NCBI GenBank assembly: GCA_018398765.1 | Contig: JAHBMJ010000271.1 | Location: 1-51,349 of the forward strand | Length of the DNA stretch: 51,349 bases | Source: Chromera velia | Taxonomy: Eukaryota | Reading direction: 5' to 3' | In this document: piece after piece, positions 36,663 through 50,700 of the stretch | How positions within the stretch are numbered: the stretch's first letter is position 1 | Layout of the letters: each line of letters opens with the position of its first letter | Program-made: the position numbers and the translations under genes | The notes under the pieces: generated by a model | Databases searched by the model: none | The model's input: the letters and a program-made list of their open reading frames with translations, nothing else | What the model was told of the DNA's origin: nothing

Positions 36663-39600
36663 CTTCTTTTTCCTCACTGCCTTTTCTAAGCCTTAATTGT
36701 CTCGACGACTCGCTGCGCCTCTCCCCGTGCGTACCTACACCTTCCTCACCCCTCTCTATACCAGCTACTTGCCAAATCAGAAGCTTACTCACCCACCCAC
36801 CCACTCACTCACTGACTCACGTTGGAAGAGAAAGGAATCTGCTCCAGACTGGCCCGTCTTCCCTGCACCTGCACTGCCCTCCGCACTCGGGGGCTCTGGA
36901 CACCCTCCCAGAGACAACAGAGAAGGGCCACGTGGAGGCACAGTGGCGCCCCTCTTCCTGTCGCCCCCTGTACCCTCCTGCTGTCCCCCTTCTACCGACG
37001 TCTGCGCGTGAGCCTGAACTTTCTCAATGAGTCTCTTGGCGTGAGGCAACCTCCCATTGCCCCCCTGAGCTCTGTTCATGCCGAGAGCAGGGGAGAGACG
37101 AACCTCGACCCCTCCTGCCACAAAGAGGGGCGGCTGCACGTCCATCGGCAGACGGCCTCCCTCTCCGGTTTCGTCGATGGTGAGGACTCCAGGGAAGAGG
37201 AAGGGGGGGGACTTGAAGCGTCGGACAATGCAGTCCTCTGAGTCGGCAGCAGAGGGGGAAGGGGGAGTTGAAGAGACCATGTGCTCTTCCGGAATCGGCG
37301 GCAGAACGGCGGCCGAGTTATTCGGTGTGGAGGAGACTCGCCCCCCCAAGGTGGTCTGCTGCTTTGCTGCAATTCTGTTCCGGTGGGATGCGTTTGACGG
37401 GGGACCGCTGGTGGCTCCCCCAGGGAGTTTGATGAGAATGGGGGGAGCTGTGAAGTGAGACGACGGTCGGGTGACCTCACTTTGCTGGGCGGGGGGGGGT
37501 GAGGGGAGAGGGGCGACTGTGGATGTGGGAGGCAGGTCAGGGGATGGGACGGTTGAGTCTTCTTTCTGGGCAGATGCGGACGGCTTGTCTTCCTTTCTCT
37601 CTTCTTCAGCTGATGGGACCGCAGGGGTGTTTCTTGAAGAAGACTGTGACGACTGGCTCAGGCTTTCTCTTCTCTGCTTTTCTCTTTTGAGAAGAATGTT
37701 TCGCCTATGGACTTCTAGCATTTCTCTCCTCATTTTCGAGTCAGGTGTGACCATCATCGGAATGTCTGCGTATGCCGACTCGTCCTCTCCTTCGTGACTG
37801 GAGGGACGAGACGGCAAACGCCCAGCAGCAGACTGATCATGCAGATTCATACCTGCCCTCTCCAACCCCCCCACAGCGACATCCTGCTGCACCCCCCCGC
37901 GTGGGGGGGAAATGCTGGTGCCGACTCCGTGGAAGGTCGCCGCTCTGCGACCAATATCCTCACTTGAACGGTCGGTTGTCGAGCGGTCGCCGTCAAGCAC
38001 CATGCCGCTGCCTAGCACGATGCCTTGGGACCCCCAGAGACGGTCTCGGGAGACGGGATGATGCACAGTGGTTGCACGGGCACCCCCCGCTCCTGCAATG
38101 TCTAGAGACGGAAAGGCGGAACCCCCTGGCCTTCTGGCTGCCTGGTCTGCTGAGAAAGCGCACTGGTGTATGGCGTCTTGCAGGTCATTGCGGAAAGCGG
38201 TGAGCAGAAATGACTGTGCTCCTCGCAGTGCAACATCGAGGATGGAAAGGACAGCCTGTTCAACCACCACAGCGGCAAACGCCCCCCTCTCCATCACCTC
38301 ACTGTTCTCTGACGCCCCGTCCGTCAGCACGTGAGCCCCCAGGACTACCAGTCCCCGCAAGAGACATGCGACAGGGGCAAGCCAGAAAAAGGCCAACTGA
38401 AGCCTCGACAGTTTCAAAACTGACGACCCTGTTTTCACGTCTAGGTTCCCCGAAAATGCCAGCTGTCGGCACTGACTTCTGTAGTGCCCGTCCAGCGTTG
38501 AGATCGCAAAAAACAGAAGAATGACGAGCACCATATGGAGGGCTCCTAGCACAGCCCTGTGGACTGTGGAGGAGAAAAGGGCCGACCTACACGCACAAGG
38601 GAAGAGTAAACGAAAAAGGGATGACTCTTGTCCAAATAGGCAGGCAAAAGGGAGTGTGAAATCGCGGCTCCAGGCAATGTACCAAAAGATGTCATGCATA
38701 AAACGACAGTGCAGGACGAAAGCAGCAACAAGCGCTCTGAAGCCGATGAATGCACTTCCTACGAATCAACCCACCCCACCCAAACTGACAGGTGAAGCAG
38801 CACCGGAGCAAGGGTGATTGCCAACACCCCTGCACCCAGCATTCTGCTCGTCCTCTTCTGTCGGAGGAAGAGCTTCGACCCTCCCCGAGCGCTGAGCAAA
38901 CGGCCCAGTAGGAACATCGACGCCACACCCGACACTACCCACTCAGCAGTGCGGACAGGCGACACGAATCTCCGAAGCAAATGCTGGACGTCCACGCCTG
39001 CACGAAGGGAACAAAGAAAGCGAGTCAACAAAGAAACATCCTCACAATTTCATTCAGCAGTTCTTCTGATCCTTCTACAAATGATGGATCGATGCGGGTC
39101 TCTCAGGCAGGTAGACGAAGGGGAGAACAGGGAAAGCTACAAAGAGACAAAGCAATAGACGAAAGAAAAACACGAGAAAGAACAAACTTGAACAACGGCG
39201 CGGACAAAGGAAGGAAGGAAGGAAGGAAAAGAAGAAAGAAAGAAAGCTGAGAACTCGCAGTCTCCACGGCAGAGCAAAAATGTCGACCCACTGCAGATTC
39301 ACTGCAGGGTCAGATTGAAAAGAAAGGGAATGAAGGGCTTGCCATTTTACTCTCTCTTCCTGATATCACACGCCTACATACCGTACATTCAATCCAACGA
39401 ATTCCTTTCATCCCCTCATGCACGCGGAGGGAATTCAAGTCACCGACTGACTACTTAACTGCTCCTTACTAAAAGCAAAGCACGAACAAACAAATGCCTT
39501 CACTGACTTCTGAGCTCCTGCAGCTCCGAGGGGCTGACAGACGCCGCGTCGATTTGGACTGGCAGCAGGTTGGTGCACAAAATTCCGTTCGTCACAGCTG

Positions 39601-40626
39601 CGAAGGTCTTCATGACGAACAGCCCGGCAGTGCAGTCCTTCGAGTAGTTCACCAAATGGAACAGAGAGGGGTTCGTCTTCCGAGAACGCGTCGCCGCTTG
39701 AACGCTCAAGTCCCCAAAGATCAAAGGGAAAAGCTGCAAACAAACAAATGTGGAAGAGCTTGGTATTGAACATGATTTTTCGGTGTTCTGTCCACTGTCC
39801 TCGCTGACTCATCGACAATGCCTTTGTATACGGTGACGCGAAGAAAATCGTGCAGCAGCCCAAATGGCATAGCAGCGCAGAAAACTACAGTTACATTGGA
39901 GCAGGAGAAGAGTTCCCTTCAGCGAAAAAAGAACTGAGAGTCGAAGAGCCACCCCTTCCTGTCTCATCGAAGGAGAGACCTATGGACAAGTGGGAGTGAT
40001 GAGGACACAGATGAGGTTCGACTCGCTGCCTGCCTTCCTTTCTGATGCACTTGCTTGCGGCCGAGAGCTCATTTTTTTTACACACGACAATGTCCAGCGG
40101 GAGACAGAAAAAAGGATCGAGGATGAAACCGCACATGCGGCTGGCAATTCAAGCAGAAGTCACTTAGTCAGCAAGAAACATCCGGCGAAGCTCAAAGGGC
40201 GAGGGTAAGGGAACCGGGGGGGCTGCGCAGTGTTTGTACGTAAGTGTCAATCTGTCTGGAGCGACTGACATCCATTCCGGCCATGATGAGCAGAATGAGT
40301 GAAGAGATTGCATACGCCTTCTGGAGATGCAAAGAGTCCGGATGAGTCCAAAGAAGGAAGGCCGATAGACCCAGGTTCTTTCCCAGAAATTCCAGGAAGA
40401 GGGTCACGAACCCGTACACACACAAGTATGCACATGACACTTGGGCAACAGAGAGAATGACGTCCCGAAAGCTTCTTGCGAGAGGCTCTGGCTGCTCAGC
40501 CGCCAGGTTCACGACGGGGTGAGCATCCGTGTCGGGTTCTATTAGTTTCTTCGTGTTACGCTGACGCAAGGACTGCTGGGGAAGGTCCCCAACGACCTCT
40601 GTACCGCCCAGCACTTCACCAGACAT
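36058..40626 (-). CDS. Hypothetical multi-pass membrane protein with a long low-complexity C-terminal region, about 1060 aa, 3' end uncertain
   Basis: Phase-consistent exons 40270-40626, 39508-39733, 38790-38997, 36821-38736, 36058-36539. Several hydrophobic segments (e.g. AISSLILLIMAG, VLGALHMVLVILLFFAI). No family recognised. Confidence 0.65.
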
Positions 40627-41341
40627 CTGGCAGCGTCTATGTCACAGTATCATTTTAAAATACGGGAAATGAGACAAAAAATGGAGGAATCGATTGCATA
40701 ATGAAACGTCGAAGGATCAAAGTGGCGGAGGTTTCAATATCAAACGCTGGAATGACGCCAGTTTCACCTGGAAGTTTCTCTCCAGAGGACACTCAGGACA
40801 GAGAAGTTGCCACCAAATTTCAAATTCCGGGACGCACGTCGTCGGGTGCATGTGTGCTCCGCAATCTGCGCGTGCGGAGCTGCCATCGGAGCCACTCGTT
40901 TTTTCCGGCATGCCGTGGCCACGAACCGCAATGTTTAGGAGTCAGCTAGAGTCAGTAGAGTCAGCCGGGGGCCACGTGCACTGATCGCAAAAGCACGGGA
41001 CCGATTATTCTCGTGGGGCTCCGTGCAGATTGCTGCGACCCGCGAGAGATGATTTTTCGCAAATTATTTTGGAATTTCAATTTTCTCGGATGGCAAAATC
41101 CATTCAAAATGCACTTGCGAAGTAAAAGCTTGTTGTTTCTGTGACTCAATTAACGTCCTTGAGAATATTCCTTTGTGAATCGGTTCCTCTCAAAGGTCAG
41201 TCTCTCCGCCGGAACTAAGTTCCTTTCTGGACTGCATCACAGGTTGCAAGCGTCTTGCATGGTACTCGCTCGAGGTTGTCTCTGCAGCCCCGAACTTCCT
41301 TGCTTGTGGAGGCTCTGAAGGTTCTTCCTGTCCTTCTCAGA

Positions 41342-43742
41342 ATGATCTTTGAGTTGTTCGTCATTGTGGCGTTCTTGGGGCTGCTCTACGCAGCTGCCAA
41401 GTACGTGAATGGCCTTTCCGAACAGGATCAGACTCAGAAGGCGTCCTTCTTCGGGGAAGCAGATAAGATCATGGGCATTCCCTACCCTGAAACGGAAATT
41501 CATAACTACGATTCTTTGAGGGAGGAGCTGTATAAGTGCTACATTGCCAGAAAGGTCGGGGGGGTGAGGGAGCCGGAGGAGTTGGAGATGTCCAGGGATG
41601 AGTTGAGAGGTCCTTCCGTAAAGATCAATTCTAAGCGTTTGGACTTCTGGACTGACGAGGAGGCAACGAAGGTGGACGACAATTTGGATCCTGAGGAGTA
41701 TGAGAAGGGCGAGTGGATTAGGTCCGTCTGTCTTTTTCAGGGGGGGGGGTGTCTCTGTCTCCTATTCTAAAGGGAGGCCTTCCTAGGGGACTGACTCTGC
41801 TTTATGGCCGAGACCTCCTTTCTCCTATGCCTTGTCTGTCGACGTTGTTCGCAGTCCCTTTCCCGTCTTTTCCTCTCTGCTTCGTGAGTGATCCTCTTAC
41901 CGTGTTATCACTGCCCCTTGCCCTCGCCGCCGCCCGCACCCTCCTGCTTCTCTGAGTGAGCTTTGCCTTTCCTCCCCAACGGTATCCGTGCGTCCTCGCG
42001 CACGTGTGTGGTCGGCTGGGAGGTGTGGCAGTGCTTTCATCTGTGTTTGGGGGGGGGGGGGNNNNNNNNNNNNNNNNNNNNNNNNNNNNNNNNNNNGGGG
42101 GGGGGGGGGTGGATGTGTGTGTGTGCGTGGATGTGTGTGCGCGCGCGTGTGTGTGTTCGTTCCCGCCCCTGTCCCGCCTGACGTGCAGACGGCTACCCCC
42201 TAACGAGAATCGGGTCCTGAAGATCCGCCTCTTTCTGCGGGCTGACGCCAATATCCCACGATACGAGAGAATACGGACGGATGTGTATGGAAAGTGGCAG
42301 CTTTACAAAAAGTATCTTATCACCGAACAACACTGGAAGTCTGTGGAGGAGGTCCGTCGGTCGCTTCCTCTCCCCCCACACACCCCATCTCTCTCTTTGT
42401 CTCTTTTTCCATGAATAGAATCCTGACACTCCTTCAGTTCTGGTCCCTTCGCGTGTAAACAGACAAAATAGCCAGATGCATGCAAATGCATGCATCCCCA
42501 AGAAAGACTATGAGCGGGGTATCTTGAAAGAACTCTGGGTCGCCGCGCCTGTTCCTTTCTCCCCCCGCGTCTGCCTTTCGTATGGCCTCTTTCTCTCGCT
42601 TTCTTTGTTCGCGTGTGTTTGTAATTGAATGCGTGCGTGCATGCGTGAGTAAGTGAGTGTATGTGGGTGTGTGTGTCTGTGTGTCTGTGTGTGTGCGTGT
42701 ATATATACGTGTGTATCTTCTCTCTCTGTTTCTCTGTTCATGCAGGCCAACGCATTGATGGCAGAGGAGATTCAGTTCATCAAAAAGGAAGCAGATTTCC
42801 TTGAGGAAGGATGGGGTCAGTCACTCTCTCCGCTCAGACAGGTACCAAGCAGACAGGACAGTCCAGACATTCGACTTGAAATCGGCAAGCCGGAGTGCAG
42901 TTGCATTCCTGCGAGCAAGTTGTCTTTTTTCGGTCCTCTCTTTCGATTTGACTGTCGCGTTCCTTTGTTTGCTTGCTTGCTTGCTTGTTTGCGTGCGTGC
43001 GCACTTCCATGCTCGCGCGCGCGCGTGTGAGGTTGTGTCCGTGCGTGCGTGTGTGTGTCCGTGTTGGGTGTCCAGCCTGTCTGCCTGTCTAACGAGCTAC
43101 GTGACTCAGTGCCTTTGCGCGTGTCGTGCCGGAGAGTTGTATACCCTTTCGCTTTTGTACTTGCTGTGTTCGCGCAGGCCGTGTGATCTTTCCCCAGGCC
43201 TTCAAGCTTCGGGAGGAACGAAAGGAGAGGGAGACGAGGGAACAGGAGGCGCTGGAGAAGAAGAAAAGCGAGAGGAGGGCAGTGAGGGATAACGAGAAGA
43301 AGGGAAGGGGAAGCACAGGAAGTGCAAAAGAAGCAGAGCAGAAAGAGCCGAAGGGCCCCCCTTCTGAAATGGACGAAGCGAGAGCAGAGAAGATGGCACA
43401 GCAACTCATGAAGGAGGTCAGCCGACCCTCTGCATTCGTAGAGTGTGTGTGCAAACAGGTGAAGATGAAAAATACATTTGTGTATCTCGAGACCGTACTG
43501 TGTGTGTGCAAACAGGTGAAGATGAAAAATAAATTTGTGTATCCCGAGACGAGGAAGATACGGACGAGGTTTGCCTTCCTTCCTCACTCCGTTTCTTCTA
43601 CTTTTGTGCCCTTTTTTTCCTTAATGTAGGTCTCTCCCGGTCTCTCTGTTTCACTCTCTCTTTCTCTCCCTCTCTCTCACACACAGAGACTGTGCGTGCG
43701 TGTGTGTGTGTGTGCGTGTGTGTGTGTGTGTGCGTGTCTGTG

Positions 43743-43785
<43 letters not shown>

Positions 43786-44090
43786 GTGTGTGCGTGTGTG
43801 TTGTGTGTATTTGTGCGTGTGCGTGCACATGTGCATGCTTTTGTGTCCCTTTTTTCTTCCTCCCCTTTTTTCCCATCTGACTCCGCCGTTTCCCACCCCG
43901 TCAATCCCTCTTCCCGGTTTTCTGAGTGCAACTCTCCCTCTAGGTACCAGGACAGAGGGGAGTTTTATGGGAATGAGTGTGCGTATGTTTGCGAATGCGT
44001 TTTTATTTGCAGGAAGCAGAGGAGGAGGCGAAGAAGACGAGACGGAGAGGCCCCGGATCATCCTCACAGAAGAAAAAGCCTGCAGCATAA
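41342..44090 (+). CDS. SEC66: Sec66/Sec71 translocon subunit homolog, about 309 aa, 5 exons (41342-41721, 42189-42351, 42746-42815, 43178-43416, 44013-44090)
   Basis: N-terminal transmembrane segment, then LKIRLFLRA...HWKSVEEANALMAEEIQFIKKEADFLEEGWGRVIFPQA, matching the Sec66 pattern LK.aLl.RA...W......E......EA.....GWG..IF..A. Charged tail. Junctions are in phase. Confidence 0.8.
43443..43550. repeat. 57-bp near-exact tandem duplication in Sec66 intron 4
   Basis: gtgtgtgtgcaaacaggtgaagatgaaaaata(c/a)atttgtgtatc(t/c)cgagac occurs twice. Confidence 0.9.
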
Positions 44091-45099
44091 ATAAACAGAT
44101 AAATAAATAAATGAATGAATGAATGAGTGAAGGAATGAATTACCAGGAGGGAGGGGGGACGGTAGAGGAGTGCTGGGAGTCTGCTTGCATGGAGACTTTT
44201 GGAGAGAAGGTTTGGTTGTAAAGAGGTGGGGGGTTGAAGGAAGTTTTGCTGACTCGTCATTTTTGCACTCAATAAATTCTGATGCGTGGTTGGTTGGGGC
44301 GTTGATGAATGGATTTGCCTAATTTCTATTTATGCTGCTGATGTGCGCATGCAAAAAACGCGTGCAGCTGACCCAGGTGGAGATTGAAAGAGGTCTGTCA
44401 CAGGCTGATGCAAACAGAACACTGGCAAAACCAGTGGCGTGCATGGAGCCAGTATCGCTGAGGGAGCAGGAGGGAAGGAGAAAAGGAATGTGTGTGAACA
44501 AGGGGATCTGAAGCACATCTAAGGAACAAGCAGCATGCAGAAGAAAGAGAAAGAAAACAGGACCAGGAAGGACCAACCAAAAGCGTGTCCTCAGAGGCGC
44601 ACTCATCGTTCTTCAGCCGCCTGCCTACCTGGGTAAACTGATCCATTTTTGTTTCCTATCACCTAGCCCATCGCGAATCCGGCTCGACTTTGCCGTCTCT
44701 TTCCGTTTTACTTCCTTCCTTCCTTCCTTCCTTCCTTCCTTGCTTCCTTCCTTCCTTCCTTCCTTCCTCAGGCTTGCCTCCCTAGGTCTCGATCTGGAGC
44801 GATCAAATTGATCGATCGATCTGCTGTGTGCATGCACGCATGTATATGCTGCATGTGAATGAATGAATGAATGCATACAAATGAATAGATGAATGCATTA
44901 TGCATGTATGCACTTTGATGAGTGTCGATGGACTTTTTAAAAATTGATACCGTCAAGTGTAGTGGGAACTAGAGTGGAAAAGTTTTCATGATTGCGTGAG
45001 CCACTGACAGACAGTGACAGTGAATACCATGCAGCTGGTACGTGACTCGTAACGTGAGTCTGCGTGACCGTACATCGTTTGTATAGTCATTGCTTCGGT

Positions 45100-46620
45100 G
45101 ACTAGTTTGGTGATCAATTTTTTTTTTTTATCAAATTAATTTATTAAAACTCTAGTTAAAACTGCATGTCACATAGTGATATAACATCTAGTATATAATA
45201 TATGCAAGTTATGATGCAACACTTTATTGTAACAAATATATGGTACATTTTTGATTGATTTAAGTTACTTTTTTAAAAAAGTAACTAGATTTTTTCAGAT
45301 AGCTCACGTTACTGTGCTAGAAGTAACTTCAACATTTTTTGGAAGTTAGGGTAATACAAGTAGACATAGAGTTTTTACATACTATGACAATGAGGACCTA
45401 AAAGATTTTTATGATATATCATGATGTTGACACAAGTTTTAAAAGTGATCAAACTTTATCTTAGAGATTCTCAGCGTTACCAAGTGCTTCTCAGCAGCTT
45501 CTGTTACCGTCTTATCATGACTTTTATGCATCTTTAATGACTATTAATGACCTATTACATGAAATTGTATCAAAAACTAAGCCTTAGGGTTCAAGTTAGG
45601 GAGCCTTAGGTTGAAGAAACTCCCTCTCTCAATCAAGCCAGGGAGAGAGAAAATGATAAAAAGGGGAAAAACAAAAGAAGAAGAGAGAAGACCTCTAGGA
45701 AGACCTTCTATAAGAAGAAGGAATGTCTTTCAGAGAGTCTCACACTCTCTCAGAGACTTTAATTAGGGGCGTATATGATCCGTCACGCACGCGTTTACGC
45801 CGTAAAGCTAGACATGTGAAGGTGCTACTGAATCATGCTAGTAGGCCCAGAGGCCCAAGATCTTACCGTAACTACTAACTAAAAAACAATAGAAGAACTC
45901 GATCTAGGGTAAAAACATGTGCAAACACTTACGATTTAATGCTGGATTATGTCTTTTAGGCCAAGATTCTACGGTAAGTTGGTAACTAGAAAGAAGTAGA
46001 AGAACTCCAAGGGGCTCAAGTTCCTGGTACAGAGTTACTGAAAAGTCAGTAACTAAAGATTTTGACTGACAGACAGTTGTTACTCTTAAACGGACTATGT
46101 AGTAACAAACCACGTACTAGACCACGTATATACTTTTTTTCTCTTGTGTGACAACACACAAAAATTGTTTACTCGCGCCCTAACTCTCTGAATTAGTAAC
46201 ACTGAGTTTGTACTAAAGCTAGGCCCTGTACTCCATAAGATAAACAATTTAAAAAAAAAAATGGAAAATTATTTTTTTTAAATTCGATCTTTTATATTTT
46301 TTTCGAGACGTATCACAGCAAACAAAAAAGTAAACCAGAATTCACTGGCAATTCAAGTTCAAGTTGGCTTAATTTTTTTTTTTTGAACATCAATGCTATG
46401 CAGCCTATACTATGCGCTATACAGTCTAGTAGTGCCACGAGGCAAGATTTGATACAAGGTAGGAATCAGACCGTAGGATACAATTGAAACCAAATGGTCG
46501 GGAGAAAACTAAACTATATTGTACAATATTGTAGTGTAAGAATTAGTAATATGTCTTCCTATAGTACGAGAATACATGAGAATATATCAAAGACACTGCA
46601 ACTAGCCTGCTGGTCCAATG
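45100..46620. other. AT-rich island, probably decayed transposon sequence
   Basis: Abrupt drop in GC, no microsatellites, many TAG/CTA/TAA triplets, stop-riddled coding-like stretch at 45870-46110. No termini identified. Confidence 0.45.
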
Positions 46621-46695
46621 CTATGTCGAGCTGCAAGTATTGCTCCGTCCTCTAGTCCGTCCTTCGCTTACATGAATGTACAGCTCTGGGTATTG

Positions 46696-47352
46696 CTACC
46701 GTGGAGGGAGTCCCGACGCCCCTGCCGCTCCTGATGCCCCACACGCTGCAACCTCTGCCGAGGCTCCGAAATGCTTTTGCATGACTGTGGCGTACCGACC
46801 GAGAAGGCCAACCTGCAGGACGCATAACATGCTGAAGTTCCTTGCATTATATTGACGTGACTTATTGTGTGAGGCTTGAATTTTGTCTGCCTCTGATTTT
46901 TGGATGACGTAATTCATTCTGACTAGTGCACGGCAGTCAGCTTCCTGCTGAATGCCCGGCTGGCTGGTTTTCTCAACCAACAGCTTTTAGGAGACCCTCC
47001 AGGAGACACTGCTTGGCAGCGGAGCATTCCTTTTTCCTGAAACTGAAAAATGCCATTGAGAGCAATCCGTTTTCAGACCAGCTCCACATGGAATTAAACA
47101 GATTGAGTCTCAATTAATGCCAGCTCGATCCTGGAGCCATGCAGGATGTACAACAGACGACAGAAGGATCAAAGATGCATCAATAGGCAAAAAGGATGGA
47201 CGAGAAAGAGTACCGGCCGAGCATAAGCAAACAGAACGATCGACAACTACGATAGAAATTAGCTAGAGGAAATAAGGAGGACCCCACCTGGTTGAACACC
47301 GCAGGTATTTATCCGGCAGGTCTGGAGGATGCGGCCACACTCACTCACTCAC

Positions 47353-47387
<35 letters not shown>

Positions 47388-47475
47388 CACACTCACACTC
47401 ACACTCACACTCACACTCACACACACACACACACACATACTCACACTCACACTCACACTCACTCACACACACCGA

Positions 47476-47512
<37 letters not shown>

Positions 47513-47618
47513 GCATACTCACACTCACACTCACACACACACACACACNNNNNNNNNNNNNNNNNNNNNNNNNNNNNNNNNNNNNNNNNNNCCGACACAC
47601 ACACCGACACACACACCG

Positions 47619-47650
<32 letters not shown>

Positions 47651-47732
47651 GCACACACACGCACACACACGCACACATACTCACACTCACAATCACACTC
47701 ACTCACACACACATAAACACACACACACACCG

Positions 47733-47773
<41 letters not shown>

Positions 47774-50700
47774 GACACACACACACCGACACACACACAC
47801 CGACACACACACACACATACACACACATACACACACACTCACACACACTCACACACACTCACACTCGCACGCGCGCAGGCACGCAGGCACGAAGAGGCAT
47901 GCAGAGTGCTGACCACTTCCTCGTCTGCCTCCTCGCGAGTTCGCATCTCGTTGTCGAGCCCCCCCTGCAACCATCCGTGGATGGGTATGTATCGAATGCA
48001 TGCTGGTTCTTATTTATTCATGCCTAACAAGAGTCAGGCCAGGGAGTGCGCTGAACAAGTCGAATTTTGATTTTCTTACTCTGCTCACTCGGTCGAATGC
48101 CAATCAGATGACTCATGCGGTACAGAGCAAGAAAGGATATGGCAGATAGGACGCACCGAGAGGCAGCGGCAAAAAGATACGCAAGTCTACACAGATGGAG
48201 AAACTGACTGGCGACTGAAACAACAAATAATCTGACAGACAGACAGACAGACAGATAGATAGGGGGTATTAACAGATAGATAGACAGAGAAGGCAGACAG
48301 CAGGCAGATACGCGGACGTACAAGCGGACACGCGAGATGGCAGGCAGGCAAACACACACATACAGATGAAAGCAGACGGCGGACCTTGAGTGCAATGATC
48401 TCAGGTGTGATGTTCTCCCGAAACCATTTCTCAAACGCCGCAAATCGAGACTCTGCATCCATCCACGCATTGACAAAAGAAGAAGAAGAAGAGGAGAAGG
48501 AGAAGAAAAGGTGAGTTCGAAGGTATGCAGAGGAAGCCTGCGCGGGTCTTGCCGTAGGGCCTTCCTACTTGTGTCTCTCTTCCCCCTTCCTTTCAAGTTT
48601 CTGAAACATACATACTCCCCTGTCTGTGTTGCTATGATGAAATTCGACCTCTGTCTCTCTCTCAAGAATTTGAAAGGAATCAAAAAAGGATATGCGATTG
48701 CTGCATGGGGATGCAGAAGGAGGCGATCCCTTTGCGTGTGTGCCAGAAGAAAAACCCTTTACCTCCTTTCCCGCCAGCTCTCTCCCTAGACAGACATTGA
48801 GGGAAAAAGAGAGACAGAAGTACAGCTTGTGCATATGGGTGTGCTTGAGCTAGGATCTGAGGACCCTTTCTAGCTAGTCACTGCAGGCGTTTGTTCGACC
48901 GACCTAGGTCCTGCATCTCGGTGCGAAGGAGCTTTGTTACGGCATCCTGCAAACAGCGCCATCTCTCGAGAGAATTGGTGTCTGTGTCTGTGTCGGTCAG
49001 TGGAAAGCGAGGAAAGCTAGTCTTGCATAATCTAACTGTATGTGGTCACGACACTGAGATACACGCACACAGAGAGAAATAAAGACAATCAAAGGCGGTT
49101 CCCTCACTGATGTGGCTTTCTCGGAAGGGTTTTTTCGAGATCTTCTAGGAGCTTTCTGGGAAAAAGGCAGACAGCAAGAAGGTCCGAAAAAACGAAGGAT
49201 CTCCCCACAAGACAACAAACAGATGCCAAAACGAGACTGACGGCACTTTCCAAAAGGTCCTCTTGAACGTTCTTCCGGGTCTTCACCAGCTGGTCGGACA
49301 TCTGAGAAGGGGCACAAAGCGAAAAAGGGGAGGGAGGGGAGCACAATCAGAAGAGCAAAGGAAAAGAGGTTGCAATGACGAATGCAGCACTGTACACGGC
49401 TGTGTGCCTACTCGCGTGGACCTTCAGAGAGTAAAAGGAGATGCTGAATGCAGCCGGGGGAATTTGATGTTCGAAATCTTTTGGGCCTTCCGGAACTTGG
49501 ATGCCCCCCGAAAGAGATGCACCAGAAAGGAAAGACGAAAGGCATTTCAAAGCTGCAATGAAAAAGTGAAAGCTGATTTGGTCATCCCTTGATTTATTTC
49601 TCTTCTTGTTATCCTCCTTCTTCGCTTCTTCGCTTCCCATTCTCCTCCTTCCACTAGTGTTTGTTCTCTTCTTCCTTTCTTCTTCCCTTCCTGATGCCTT
49701 CCTTTGAGTTGGGAGTTGTTCTTCAGAATGGAAAAGGGACATACCTGATCAAGGAGGTGTTGGTTTTGGTCTTTGTGCACGAGTTCGTCGAGGAGGGTAA
49801 CCTTCTTGTCGAAGCTGCATAAAGAGAATGAGACATGAACATGATCTGATGAATGGCCGCATCTGGAGATTCTCTCTCTGTGCACGAATGGGTGAAGCAG
49901 TATGAGTGCTTTCGTGCGTGGCTCCATGTGTGCGCATCTACTGACTCTTCCGTGACTTCAGTGATCCTCCACTCATTGATTCATACCACCAGTATGAACA
50001 TCTCAAAGGAATTGAGGGAAGAATAGGCAGCGGGACGATTACAACAAGAAAGGAACGTTGAGTTCCATTGAAATCCCAAAACCAAATTTCTCCCAAGCAG
50101 TCGACAGACTGACCTTTGCAAGCACTCGGCGTTCCGTTTTTCGGCAGAAGCCACTGCAGTGCGGAAAATGTTTATACGTCGCTGTTAATTTGTCCCCTCA
50201 GTACACCCATTGCATGTGTGGCACAAAAAAGCTCAAAATGCATGTGTCGAGCAGGGCACTTCGTCAACCCAGCTAGACTTCGAGCGCAAGAAGGAAAAAA
50301 AATCGTTTTCCAACTCTTCGAAGCCGTGATTCAGTGCGAACATGCTTTGCCTATGTCCGCATTCATCGATCTGCCGTGTTGCACTAAGAAGTTTTGTTTG
50401 CATACATAAAAGTGTGGCATTTGTGCATGGCTGTCTGTGTCTGTGTGTATCTGTCTGTCTCGCTGCTGTCTCGCTCATCGACTTTCTCTTGACTGACTCA
50501 CATGCAGAAATGGTGCTCTCCAGCCGCCCTATCCTCTGTGCGACTCGGACAAATTCCTTCTGCAGGAGGAGAGAGATAGAGAGAGAAGAAGGGGATCATT
50601 CGGTAGACACGGAAAGAAAGGCACATGCAGTGCGAATGATTGCAAGACCACCGACGGTGTTGAAGAAAGGAAAGGTGAGCTGGCAGTGGGGAGAAAACGT

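Noticed and set aside
39810..39885. Extra exon in the membrane-protein gene requiring a GC donor
   Set aside because: The exons ending at 40270 and starting at 39733 join directly in phase without it
45583..45612. TTAGGG-like hexamers
   Set aside because: Only two or three non-tandem copies; compatible with chance in a TAG-rich island
47292..48027. HT- and CV-repeat ORFs
   Set aside because: (CA)n microsatellite inside an intron
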